Assembly: GCF_036588685.1 (NCBI RefSeq)
Contig: NC_086380.1
Location: forward strand, 70,618,001 to 70,682,000
Direction: 5' to 3'
DNA length: 64,000 bases
Source: Mytilus trossulus
Lineage: Eukaryota
Of this stretch, positions 1 to 12,530 are shown in pieces; within the stretch, counting starts at the first letter, position 1; each line of letters opens with the position of its first letter. The notes beneath the pieces are model-generated. The model did not search any database and had not been told where the DNA came from. It saw only the letters and a list, made by a program, of their open reading frames with translations. The position numbers were made by a program, and so were the translations under genes.

Positions 1-100
1 GCCCAGTATTAATCAATGAAATCCAGTAAAACCCGGGTTTTCCTTCTATTTCCCAGTGGGCTGGGCAATACTCATAAAACCCGGGTTTTTGCCAACCCTG
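1..100. mobile_element. Probable terminal fragment of a non-autonomous DNA transposon/MITE
   Basis: Repeated palindromic AAACCCGGGTTT motifs ending in GCCAACCCTG (CAGGGTTGGC-type TIR); homology to the paralogous locus near 47780 starts just after position 100. Confidence 0.35.
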
Positions 101-423
101 TTTCAAAGTTGTATAAAATCCTATTTTTGCAAATTTAAACTCAGATATTCCCCCTTTTATATTTGTACAGATCCTGTCAATATACTATTCAATACGACAC
201 AAAACTTATTTATCTGTTTTAGTAATCTCATCATCACATTAGGAAATATTTCACTGATATTTTAATAAGGCATTAATGTATTGGTGACATTAGAAAACAA
301 ATGTTATTTTATAAAATATTTATCATTTTCAATCAGGTTTATTATATACCACATCTGTCATAACTTTTGGATCTGCCACATCGTGTTTCTCAGTCCACCA
401 GTCGAACGAATTTCATTTTTAGT

Positions 424-1468
424 ATGACAAAAATATTCTCAGTTCTTCTTTTTTTTAGTTTTTCTTGTTTATCTGAGTTTGGAACCACATTTGCTGTATA
501 TATAGAACAGACCACTACATACAGAAATGACTATAGCGTTTATTCAAAGAAGACCACGACAAACATGGATGCTGGTAGGGTATCTCCAAAACAGACCATG
601 ACATACAAAGATGATGGTGGTGTATCTTCAAAGCAGATCACGACAAACATAGATGATGGTGGTGTATCGTCAAAGCAGACCACGACATACTTAGATGATG
701 GTGGTGTATCTTCAAAGCAGACCACGACATACATAGATGATGGTGGTGTATCTTCAGAGCCGACCACGACATACATAGATGATGGTGATGTATCTTCAGA
801 ACAGACCACGACATACATGGATGATGGTGGTATAGCTACAGAGCAGACCACGACATACATAGATGATAGTGGTGTATCTTCAGATCAGACCACGACATAC
901 ATAGATGATGGTGGTGTTTCTTCAGAGCAGACCCCGACATACATAGATGATGGTGATGATGGTGGCATATTTTCAGAGCGGACCACGACATACATGGATG
1001 ATGGTGGTGTATCTTCAGAACAGACCACGACATACATAGATGATGGTGGTGTTTCTTCAGAGCAGACCCCGACATACATAGATGATGGTGGTGTATCTTC
1101 AGATCAGAGTACGACATACATAGATGATGGTGGTGTAGTTTCAGAGCAGACCCCGAAATATGACTATAGTGTATCTTCAGAGCAGACCACGACATACATA
1201 ATTGATGGTGGTGTATCTTCAAAGCAGACATCGACATACATAGATGATTGCGGTGTATCCTCAGGGCAGACCACGACATACATAGATGACTATGGTGTAG
1301 TTTCAGAGCAGACCAGGACATACATAGATGATAATGGTGTATCTTCAGAACAGACCACGACATACATAGATGATGGTGGTATATCTACAGAGCAGACTGC
1401 AGAATTCATGGATGACTATGGTGTATCATTGAAGACAGCTGTAGAAATAAATTATGTGGAAAAAATAA
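424..1468 (+). CDS. Coding exon 1 of repeat-ectodomain GPCR paralogue A: signal peptide plus about 22 copies of a 14-aa repeat (EQTTTYIDDGGVSS)
   Basis: ATG at 424, hydrophobic leader MTKIFSVLLFFSFSCLSEFGTTFA, open 42-bp tandem repeat, phase-1 donor A|GTAAGT at 1468/1469; upstream acceptor-like TTTTCAATCAG near 336. Confidence 0.8.
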
Positions 1469-2612
1469 GTAAGTATTAAAACAATTTAATGAAACAAATA
1501 TTGTTTCATAGTTTCCTTTTGTCTATTTTACACTGTTGTTTGATACATTTTGTGCATTTACTTCAAATATATTTCTGTCAATTTTAAACTAGTTCAATGT
1601 ATTGGTTTTACTTCCCAGCTAGTTAATTACTATTTTTTCATTAATCAAGAGAAAAATTGCAATAAAAAAACTTGGGGCGACTATAAAATCTGCATTAGCT
1701 TTTCATTGAACTGCTCATTTTTTTTATTGATCAACATCAATTTAATTTAAAAAAAAAACCATATAATGCATCATATTAACGCAGATTGTTCTAGGGTCAA
1801 TTAAAAAAAAATAGTTTCGGTTACAGAATCTTTCTTTTTTTTATTCTGCAACTGTGCTACTTTTGCAGTCAAATTGCTTAGACCATATATATGTATATGT
1901 GTCATATGTGATACACAGAGTTTTTAATCGTATATGGCTTAATTTATAACATCAATGAATAATACAGGAGTCGGCTTCGCAAATTTTTTTGACGTTGCCC
2001 ACTTCAAATTCAAAATATTTCATTTGGAACCGTTGTTAGAGTATTGTCTCGAATATGAAATGTATTTGTAGTCAGATCAGTACAGGCTGGTGCAGCCTCG
2101 CATTCTGTACCAAGTCAGGAACATGTCAGTTGTTTTACTCTATCTCTGGTCTTATATCGTTTACATTTGTCATGAATATCAATCTATTGGCTGATATCGT
2201 TTACATTTGTCTGTTTTCATGGAATTCTCCTGTAGAAATTCACCTTGGAGTTTGGTATTTTTGTTTCACTTTCTTTTCATTCTTCTTTTTTCTACGCCTT
2301 ATACATGTTATACACATAAACTTTCTATTTCAAGAAAATGTTAATCTATTCAATATATACTTGTTTGTGTAGTCAAACTGCATTTACCGTATACATATTG
2401 TATACAGACATTTCATCAATTCGGTATTGGTCTGTTCATAATTATAAATTAATTGCTAACTAAACTTTGATTGTTTCTGAATGCTTATGATTTTTTACAC
2501 AACGAATAGACTTCTGTACCTTAGCTGTTATTGACAAAATCTTTTGAAATCCTGAGCCTTCATTGCTCTTCAACTTTATGTACTTTATTTTGTGTTTCAT
2601 TACTTTTTATGC

Positions 2613-2658
2613 GAGCGTCACTGATGAGTCTTTTGTTGACGAAACGTGCGACTGGCGT
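2613..2658 (+). ncRNA. Degenerate type I hammerhead ribozyme (retrozyme fragment)
   Basis: GAGCGTCA CTGATGAG TC-loop-GAC GAAAC GTGC GAC TGGCG; cleavage triplet reads GAC instead of GTC. Confidence 0.6.
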
Positions 2659-3258
2659 TCAAAGTCTTAAGCCTGATATCTACTATGAGTTTATATGCAT
2701 ACGGTATTACGCATTATATTTGATGTTGAAGCGTTTCCTTGAGTGTTATCATTGAAATTAATACGAATACTGGTTTTCGGAAAAGTTTGACGTCGTCCGC
2801 CACAAATTTAAATAATGGTTGTTACCTATTAGAAAACTATTCGTTTGGAACAGTTTAAAAGTTGCAGTATAAGTAGAACGACCATACATTATCTAAAAAA
2901 ATACAAACTATATTCAATTCAACTCCTAACAGGAATAAATGGTTAGCAATGCTTTGCATGCTAACTGTTTGACTGACTTTCTAAGCATTGTACAAATATG
3001 TATTTTATAGATTATGGAAGTTAACGTTTTGAAAAAACAAAATAAAGCTTCTACTCTTCATGTTACTCTATTATTTTAACACCCTGAAGTATCCAAGTAC
3101 ACCATGATACGTAGCCGAACGGTATACAGGGTACTGAAGGGTGTTGAAATACCCATATCTATGGATTTGAACGTAGATAACGAATTATCCCCGGTCTAAG
3201 TCTGAATCGGGCCAGTTTTATGGAAATTCAGGTACAAAGTGTAACGTGAAAACGACGT

Positions 3259-4573
3259 TTTAAGCTCACCTGGACCAAAGGGCCAAGTGAGCTTTTCTCA
3301 TCACTTGGTGTCCGTCGTCGTTAATTTTTACAAACATCTTCTCCTCCGCCAAACCAACCAAGATGCCCGCCATGGCTAAAATTAGAAGGGGATATCAAGT
3401 TTTGAAATTGTCCGGTGTTCCGCCAAACCAACCAAGATGGCCGCCATGGCTAAAAATATAACATAGGGGTAAAATATATATTTTGGCTTATAACCCTAAA
3501 ACCAAAGCATTAAGAGCAAATCTTACATGAGGCAAAATTGTTAATCAAGTCAAGATCTAACTGCTCTAAAATTTTCAGATAAATTGGACAACCAGTTTTG
3601 GGTTGCTGCCCTCCTGAATTAGTAATTTTAAGGACATTTTGTCATTTTCGGTTTACTATCTTGAATACTTTTGTAGATAGAGATAAACTGTAAACAGCAA
3701 AATTGTTCAGGAAAGTAAGATCTACAAACCATCATCAAAATAGTCAGTTGACCCCTAAAAAGGAGTTATTGCCCTTTATAGTCATTTTTTACCAATTATT
3801 CGTAAATTTTTGTTATCTTTTACAATTGATTGATTGTTGGTTGCTTAACGTCCAGTGGCAAATATTTCATGCATATTCAGGACGATTATCTTTCACAAAA
3901 GTCTTCTCCTCTGAAAAAAACTGGGCTAAATTTAACCAAACTTAGCCAAAGTCATGTTTAGGGTATGTAGTTTAAAAATGTGTGCGGTGACCCAGCCAAT
4001 CGACTAAGATGGCCGCCATGGCTGAAAATAGAACATAATGGTTAAGTGTAGATTTTGGCTTATAACTCTGAAAACCAAAGCATTTACAGCAAATCTTACA
4101 AAAGGGTTAAATTGGTTATCTAGTCAATATCTTTCTGCACTGAAATTTTCAGATGAATCGGACAACTGGTTGTTGGGTTGCTGCCCCTCAATTGGTAATT
4201 TTTAAGGAAATTTTGCCCTTTTGGTTATTATCTTGAATACTATTTTAGAAGATGTAAACTGTAAACGGCAATAATGTTCAACAAATTAGTTCTACAAATA
4301 AGTCAACTTCACGAAAATGATCAGTTGACTCTTTAAGGAGTTATTGCTTTTTATAGTCAATTTTTAACAAGTGTTAACAAAATATTTTCCTCTGTAACTA
4401 AAGGGCAAAGTTCATTACAAAAAATTGTAAGCAGCAAGAATGTTTTGTAAAGTTAGATTTACAAACACATCACCATCACCAAAACACATTTTTTTCATGA
4501 ATCCATCTGTGTCCTTTGTTTAATATGCACATATACCAAGTTGAGAGACACAGGCTCTTTAGAGGTTCTAGTT
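3259..4573 (+). mobile_element. Helentron/HINE-like non-autonomous element with internal degenerate tandem repeats
   Basis: 5' T-run then AGCTCACCTGG...GTGAGC hairpin, short GTCC/GTC microsatellite, repeated AAGATGGCCGCCATGGCT units, 3' hairpin-like AGGCTCTTTAGAGGTTCTAG followed by a T-run. Confidence 0.55.
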
Positions 4574-5307
4574 TAATTATCCTAAAAAGTTTTAATGAAA
4601 TTTGAAAATTTCACATAATTTTTACGGGGTGTAGGGTACTTGGTAGAACCCTACAGGTAGTCAAATGTAAGACGTTTTTTAACACGGAGACAGAGAAAAT
4701 CGATTGAGTTAAATTTGGCGCTCAATGTTGTGAGAGTTACGTCATAGATGGTGTGAAGTCAACGTGAGTCATTTGCATAGCTAGGTCAGTAGTCCCATTC
4801 CTTGAAAATATGGCAGTCATTTGATGCATTTAATGAAGTTAGTGTAAATAATCAGCATAATAGAACAAAATCGTTAATTTATTAAATATTTAATTACAAA
4901 CATCATGGATAATCTTAAATTTTCAATATTTCACAAGGAGAAATCATGGAACTAAGGAAAACTTGCGTGAAGTTCCCCGGGATAATGGTTAGCAAAGTCC
5001 GGGAATACGGGTTATCAACACCTAGGAGCTATGGGTTTTGTAACGACGTGAATTAACCAATCAAATTCCTAGATATATTCTAAGCCGGGGATTTATATTC
5101 ATAAACAAAGTCTTGTTTATATCACTTTGATGATTGGATATTTATATCACAAATGAAAGATGTTGAGACAAATCTTGTACCTTTTTGTGTAACTTAGTGA
5201 TTGTTATAATTGACAAGAATTTGCGATTTAAATAAATTCATTTTTTCAATAAAATATCTATTAATTAAATAAACTAATCAAAGATACAAGGACAACATTT
5301 TGTATAT

Positions 5308-5353
5308 ACGTCAGACGCTCGTTTCGTCTACAAAAGACTCATCAGTTACGCTC
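5308..5353 (-). ncRNA. Type I hammerhead ribozyme, core intact, stem I imperfect (retrozyme fragment)
   Basis: Minus strand GAGCGTAA CTGATGAG TCTTTTGTAGAC GAAAC GAGC GTC TGACGT. Confidence 0.6.
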
Positions 5354-7500
5354 GTATCCAAAAAAGTTTAAAGGTCAAAATGTTACAATGATGAGGGAAG
5401 TTTTTAACGACATTGACGGGGTATACAGCCCTTGCACTGTCGGTCTTAGTACAAAATGATTCTTCTATAAGTCTATTCTTTTTCAAAGGTACAGCTTAGT
5501 AGGTATAACTCCTCTATAAGAATGGCAAAGTCTTCCACAAAATATCCAGTAATTGAAGAAACGTTTACAAAATCATCACAATAAAATTATATTGTAGTGA
5601 TTTTGTATTCGTTTCTTCATCATTGTACTGGGTCTGAATAAGACCAAAAACAGCTGAAATAGCGCCGCACTCTGTGACTGTGGGTTTTATTTACCTAAAT
5701 TATGTTTTTGCTTCATTATACATGTATAAAGTTTATTTGGAATAGTAAACATGGTAAAGTATCTGAATATATGTTTTGATCTCATTTAATATTCCGCGCT
5801 TACACAGTGATATTGTTCATTTTGTGTCATGTAATATATTCTTGACAAGGGAGATAATTTCAGCATCTCTGTTACATTCCTCCTTTCTTATATTTCGAAT
5901 TACAGTGAAGTTTTATTTGAGTTGAGCTTTCGAAATAATCTCACATTGTCTTTCATCACATTGCTTTTACACATTCATCAAAGTCAACCCTAAGCAGAAA
6001 ACAACTGATAAAGTGCAAAGTTGTACTGCTACTATATGCTTAAAAATGATTCCATGTTTTGAGAATGTTTCGATGCGGGTTTAACATCTCTGGCTTTCCA
6101 ATGTTTAGGTTCGAGTGATTCTTTAAAAAAACGCCTCTGACGCACGAAATTTATATCTGTGTTATTTTCATTTATTATTACCACTAAATGTTATAATAAA
6201 GATTTTACATCAAATCGTTAAAAAATTTGTTTGCTTTTAAACTAAAGCAAAAAGAATAATACATTTGTTTCCGCTAACCCTACCTACCATACTTTTTAGT
6301 TTCTACTCTAAAACGTTTTATGCCATTTTGGAACAAGCATTGTTAAAGTCAGACTTATACTCTAGTAGTAACAAGCAAAATAATGTTTGTAAAATAATAT
6401 GATATTGCCTATACTATTTTTGTTCAACACGTTAGGGAAAACACATGTATTTTATTTTTTGCCTTAACAAATATATATGTGAAACGGTTCAGGAGTTATT
6501 TACAAATATGGCAGTCAGACTGCTACACAACAGATAATTTCAAAAATTCTTTAACAATTATGAAGTGCGGACTGCCCTGTTACACTCGGTGTATGTGGGA
6601 TTTCTGTTGCTTACTATTTCGTTTATATGTTTTCTTTTGTTCATGCTGTTGTTTATATGTTTTCTTTTGTTCATGCTGCTGTCTGTCTGATTTCTAGTTA
6701 TAGTTATTGATCCTTGATGTCTTTAACTATAATGATCTTCAATGATAACAAATAATTGAAAAAAAAAAATTCAATGAACGAAAGCGTGTGCACATAAGAA
6801 TCAGATTAAGTACTAAATGACATGCCGCATAGGTTTAGGAAAGTGTAAAACAAATGTCCATATAATTTGAGAAAAAAAGAAAACTAGAATGAAAAATTAG
6901 CGAATATCAATGTGAGATATCTTGATTTTGTACAAAACTCCATACAATTATAATCCGGTTCAAGACCCATTTGGGATTTTAAAAGACTTTCTAGAAACTA
7001 AAATTGATATACAAAAGGAAATAAACATCTATGTGATGCATAGTTTTAAAACCAAAACATGTCAACAAAACAAGAGATAAACTCGCTAGATTTGAGCGAT
7101 GTAGTGATAGGAATGATGAGTTGAGTGCTTTGAAAATAAAAGTGGTGGAATATACGAAACTGACATTCAAAAATTACCATTGCAAAAATAAGCTTCAAAT
7201 GTGTTACTGTAATTGATAAAAAGCTCCCCTAAACAAAAACAAAAACAAAAACAAAAACAAAAACATTATTTGTTCAACACGTACAGTTCCCAAATTCCTA
7301 ATTGAAGTATTCAAACGAGGTATACTTTTCCATCCCTGAGAAAGAGTTCGTTTCTAGTATACAGAGTTCCCCATGCCTGAGATAGAGGTCGTTCCTAGTA
7401 TAAAAATGAAGTAGAGTTTTCCATGCCTGAGATAGAGGTCGTTGCTAGTATACAAATGAAGAAGCGCTTCCCATGCCTGAGAAAGAGGTCATTACTAGTT

Positions 7501-8022
7501 AATAGTTATCAAAAGTACCAGGATTATAATTTTATACGCCAGACGCGCGTTTCGTCTACATAAGACTCATCAGTGACGCTCAGATCAAAATATTTAAAAA
7601 GCCAAACAAATACAAAGTTGAAGAGCATTATGGACCCAAAATTCCAAAAAGTTGTGCCAAATACGGCTAAGGGAATCTACTCCTAAGGTAAGAAAATCCT
7701 TAGTTTTTCGAAAAATTCAAAGTTTTGTAAACAGAAAATTTATAAAAATGACCATATAATTGATATTCATGTCAACACCGAAGTGCTGACTACTGGGCTG
7801 GTGATACCCTCGGGGACGAAACGTCCACCAGCAGTGGCATCGACCCAGTGGTGTAAATAGTTATCAAAAGTACCAGGATAATAATTTTATACGCCAGACG
7901 CGCGTTTCGTCTACATAAGACTCATCAGTGACGCTCAGATCAAAATAGTTAAAAACCCAAACAAATACAAAGTTGAAGAGCATTAAGGACCCAAAATTCC
8001 AAAAAGTTGTGACAAATACGGC
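7501..8022 (-). mobile_element. Non-LTR retrozyme: about 1.5 tandem copies of a 355-bp unit, each with a minimal type I hammerhead (7536-7580 and 7891-7935)
   Basis: Direct repeat starting at 7501 and 7856; minus strand AGCGTCA CTGATGAG TCTTATGTAGAC GAAAC GCGC GTC TGGCGT gives stems I and II, palindromic stem III and a GUC site. Confidence 0.85.
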
Positions 8023-8392
8023 TTATTGGTAACAGATATCCTAGAAGACAGATTTTATATTGATTATAGATATTTTTATCTCAGTCTACGTCGGGGCTTT
8101 TATAAGCAGACTTTACAATATGGCTTTTGCTCATTTTTGAAGGTCGTACGGTGATCTAGTTTTGTTCACATTTATATCATTTGGACACCGGTTGATAGAT
8201 GTCCAATCGGCAATTTAACCATATATCCGAATAATGAAAATTTTATCAAACACACCACTTTTTTCAAATTAGTACCACACAGTCGCTTTATAAGTACTTT
8301 TTTATTTGGTGTTTTTTTACCGTACAATCAAGTGTTCTGATATTTGTTATAAATATTTGCATAGTATTATGGAACACTTTTATATATTTCAG

Positions 8393-10086
8393 AATATAAG
8401 AACCAGATGAAATGCGAAATTATTGATTTGACGGATATCGTTTTGCCATCTGCTTGGGGACAGGTGTACCCTGTCAACAAATCAGGTCAGTCGCTTCTGA
8501 TATGGTTTGATGACTTCAACTATCTTTCATTTACCATCAGAAAGAATTGTGTTAACCTCGCATTAGATATGTTTCTCGATAAAATAATAGATGTAGCGTA
8601 TTTACAAGACTTTTTAACAAAATGCCCGGATGGAACATTCATTCAAAACATATTTTGTGACTCTTCTGTGGCCTATAATGTCAGCTACATCAAAGAAGTT
8701 TTTCCACACTTTTGCAATGTACAGATATATTTTACCGATAAGTTGAACCATTGCACAGCGCAATTTAATGCATTTTTGGAATCAAAAAAATATTTATTAA
8801 CAAATGCGGACATCTACAATTTCCTTACAAATAAAACAATCTGCTGGGATTACGTTTATTTCACTTATATGTTTAATGTTGCGTTTTCGTTGAAAGAAAT
8901 AAGTGATGATAGAAATAACGTTAAAACAGGTAGTTTATCAATGCATCACATCACATCAAGTGCATATTTCTATATCACACTGAAATACGAATCATGTAAA
9001 ACACAATTTCTTCATTACATCTATTGGAATGGTTTACATGTGAAAGAAAACGACACGTACCTCCTGAGTATTGATGATGTCATCACGTTTAATGAGGAAA
9101 ATAATTGTATTCACGTCCGTTTTCCGTGCCCAGATGAATATAGGCAGATCATTTTAGGATTACCAAAGTCAGCAGTAGTTTATTTAGAAACCGCAATAGC
9201 AGTAGAAGTGACACTTGTAAACAGTTTCATGTTATATATATTTCTGCAAAAGAAGAATCGAACACCCGTCACTTTACTCCTTTCAGCACTGGCTATATCT
9301 GATACTACAACTGCAATCTTGATGACAATTCCAACATGTATTGCCTATCAGATATATGGTTACCAGATTGATTACAGTGATATAATGCCATATTGGTATA
9401 TATTTGACTATCCACAATGTATAATGTATTTATTACTTAATGACTTGAAGTATACCTTCCACTTTGTATCAGTTTTAATAACAACACTTTTAGGTCTACA
9501 GAAAACTGCTGCTCTTCTATTTCCAATGTGGAGCAAACGCCATTTGAGTAATACTGTGAGTGTAGTATGTTCAGTTTGTATAGTTATCTTTTGTTTAGGT
9601 ATTTTTTCCCCTCTTCTGTATAGTTCATTGTTATTTGAAGAGATTCAAGGCAGTTGTTGTCAAAAAAAATCTGATGAAAAATACGGTTACATGTATGATA
9701 TAGTTCACGGTTGTACCATTCTAGTATGTTCAATTTTAATTGTCTGTACAGTTTATATAGTATGCAAGTTAACAATTTGTAGAAGAAATCTTCCATGGAC
9801 TGATAGTTTGGCTGTTCAGAAAAGAAACCGAATGTCAGCATTAACAGTAGTTTTCATTTGTATTATATTTGTTTTATCAGAGTCCATGTCTATTGTTCAC
9901 TTGTTATTTTATTTTCAATTATTCAGTTCATTCCCATTGCTTGTCAATATCATACAATACACAGACCTCAGTCTTATCATTGGATTCTCTTTCAACTTTA
10001 TAATTTATATTGTAATGAGTAGAGAGTTTCGAACTAAATTGTTGATTACCGGTACAAATATAGTAAGACGTTGCAAATGTTGGTAA
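8393..10086 (+). CDS. Coding exon 2 of GPCR paralogue A: about 250-aa Cys-containing ectodomain plus rhodopsin-like 7TM domain (FMRFamide-receptor/Srw-like); spliced protein predicted at 912 aa
   Basis: Acceptor TATTTCAG at 8392 in phase with exon 1; TM2 LAISD, TM3 end LQKTAALLFP, TM7 NFIIY, helix 8 MSREFR, C-terminal Cys cluster. Confidence 0.85.
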
Positions 10087-10789
10087 CGTGGATATTCTGC
10101 CATATCAGACCATCCGTCAATTTTTGCTTGTAATTCTTGTCCTGTAATGATGTTCCTCGTGGGGTTTTGATGACGTGATTACTTGACCGTGTATTTATTG
10201 TTATTGTTTGATTACCAAAGTTAAATATTTCATGATTATTTGATTATTTTAGACTGTAATTTTGATTATTTGATTATTTTAGACTGTAATTCTGATTATT
10301 TGATTATTTTAGACTGTAATTTTGATTATTTGATTATCTTGTTAAAAATAATTACTGATTATATTGGGGGGAAATGTGATTATGTGATTACTTTGACACC
10401 CCATGAGGAATAGATTAATAAACATAGAGCCAGATTATATTTACCGAAAAAGATTTATATGGGCAGATGAGGTCATTCTGACATAAACATTTCAAAAATT
10501 TTAAAATTTTGCAATACCAACACTTATGTATACTGTCATGTTAGGAATTTTTGATAGATATATTGTTGAATGGAAACGCATTAGTAAATCTTTCAGGCAG
10601 GCAAATGGGCGAATCAAGTTGAGAAAATATACCAAAACTGTTGAAGCCTTTTAGTGAAAGAATTGCATTTGCAAAATTTAGACGTTAAATTGTGTAACAA
10701 AACCTGTAATTTTGTTTTGACAAGATGCCGTGAAGCTTTTAATTTTAAATACGTATAACAATTATGCTGTATATTTTAACCATTTATTT

Positions 10790-11382
10790 TCACCATTCAT
10801 GTTCACCATTCATGTTCACCATTCATGTTCACCATTCATGTTCACCATTCATGTTCACCATTCATGTTCACCATTCATGTTTACCATTCATGTTCACCAT
10901 TCATGTTTACCATTCATGTTCACCATTCATGTTCACCATTCATGTTTACCATTCATGTTTACCATTCATGTTCACCATTCATGTTTACCATTCATGTTCA
11001 CCATTCATGTTCACCATTCATGTTCACCATTCATGTTTACCATTCATGTTCACCATTCATGTTCACCATTCATGTTTACCATTCATGTTCACCATTCATG
11101 TTCACCATTCATGTTCACCATTCATGTTCACCATTCATGTTCACCATTCATGTTCACCATTCATGTTTACCATTTATGTTCACCATTCATGTTTACCATT
11201 CATGTTCACCATTCATGTTTACCATTCATGTTCACCATTCATGTTTACCATTCATGTTCACCATTCATATTCACAATTCATGTTCACCATTCATGTTCAC
11301 AATTCATGTTCACCATTCATGTTTACCATTCATGTTAACCATTCATGTTTACCATTCATGTTCACCATTCATGTTCACCATT
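10790..11382. repeat. 13-bp minisatellite (GTTCACCATTCAT / GTTTACCATTCAT)n
   Basis: Direct inspection; explains three overlapping repetitive ORFs. Confidence 0.95.
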
Positions 11383-12194
11383 TATTAATGTATATAAATG
11401 TTGTTTAGGGATGCCTGCCTGTCATGTTTTGGATTTTTTATCAGATTTTCGGAATCCTCTGGTTTTATCCATTTAAATGCCTTTAGATATTTTCCCCATT
11501 AACCCCCATTTTTCTTTTTATAAATCTTTTAAATGAATAATTATAAGTCATTTATAAAAGTCTTATAAACTTTTATTTCTTTTTTTAAAAGTATTTGAGA
11601 ACTTTTACGGGTTAATGATAAAGCTATGAAAAATCAAGAGAGAACATTTTCCCGCCAAAATTCCAATGGTTAATTTCTCGAAATCAAGCACATTGACCCC
11701 TATATTTTTTTGGCTTTTTTTGATTCTTCAATTCATTCCCTATCAATACATACTATTTTTATGAAAAGTAATTTATTTTGAAACTGAGCAGCGAACATCC
11801 TTAAGTTATTATCGTCCTTCATTACTTTGTACAAATTGACTCATGTGTTTACAAAAAATACATCTTTTATACCTGACGATACGGTGAGCTCTGTAATAGT
11901 ATGATTTAAACCAAACTTCTCGTGTATTCTCCGTTGATAAATTAAGGTGAGGTTTGCGGTCACAAGGAGATAACTTGTATAAAATAGTGGATTACGATTG
12001 ATTCATTTGAGCATTTAAAATCAAGCGATATTTGCCGTGTTGGTTGAAAATTTATTTTATTGATCGTCTGCAAAATGTTAAGAACTAAAACAGGAAAATT
12101 TTAATCTACAAAATCCTTTAGACATTTTTAAGAAAGTAAAGTTCTAACTTCATAATGTCTACTTGACTTAGATTAATTTGATTATTGTTTGTGT

Positions 12195-12530
12195 ATCTTT
12201 TGGCTATATCGCTCGTCATGTGTTTTGGCTATATCGCTCGTCATGTGTTTTGATTATATTGCTCGTCATGCGTTTTGGTCATATCGCTCGTCATGTGTTT
12301 TGGTTATATCGCTCGTCATGTGTTTTGGTCATATCGCTCGTCATGTGTTTTGGTCAAATCGCTCGTCATGTGTTTTGGTCAAATCGCTCGTCATGTGTTT
12401 TTGTCATATCGCTCGTCATGTGTTTTGGTCAAATCGCTCGTCATGTGTTTTGGTCATTTCGCTCGTTATGTGTTTTGGTCATATCGCTCGTCATGTGTTT
12501 TGGTCATATCGCTCGTTATGTGTTTTGGTC
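12195..12530. repeat. 25-bp minisatellite (ATATCGCTCGTCATGTGTTTTGGTC)n
   Basis: Direct inspection, about 13 units. Confidence 0.95.

Noticed and set aside
10730-11408. Three overlapping His/Cys-rich ORFs
   Set aside because: Translations of a stop-free 13-bp minisatellite in all three frames
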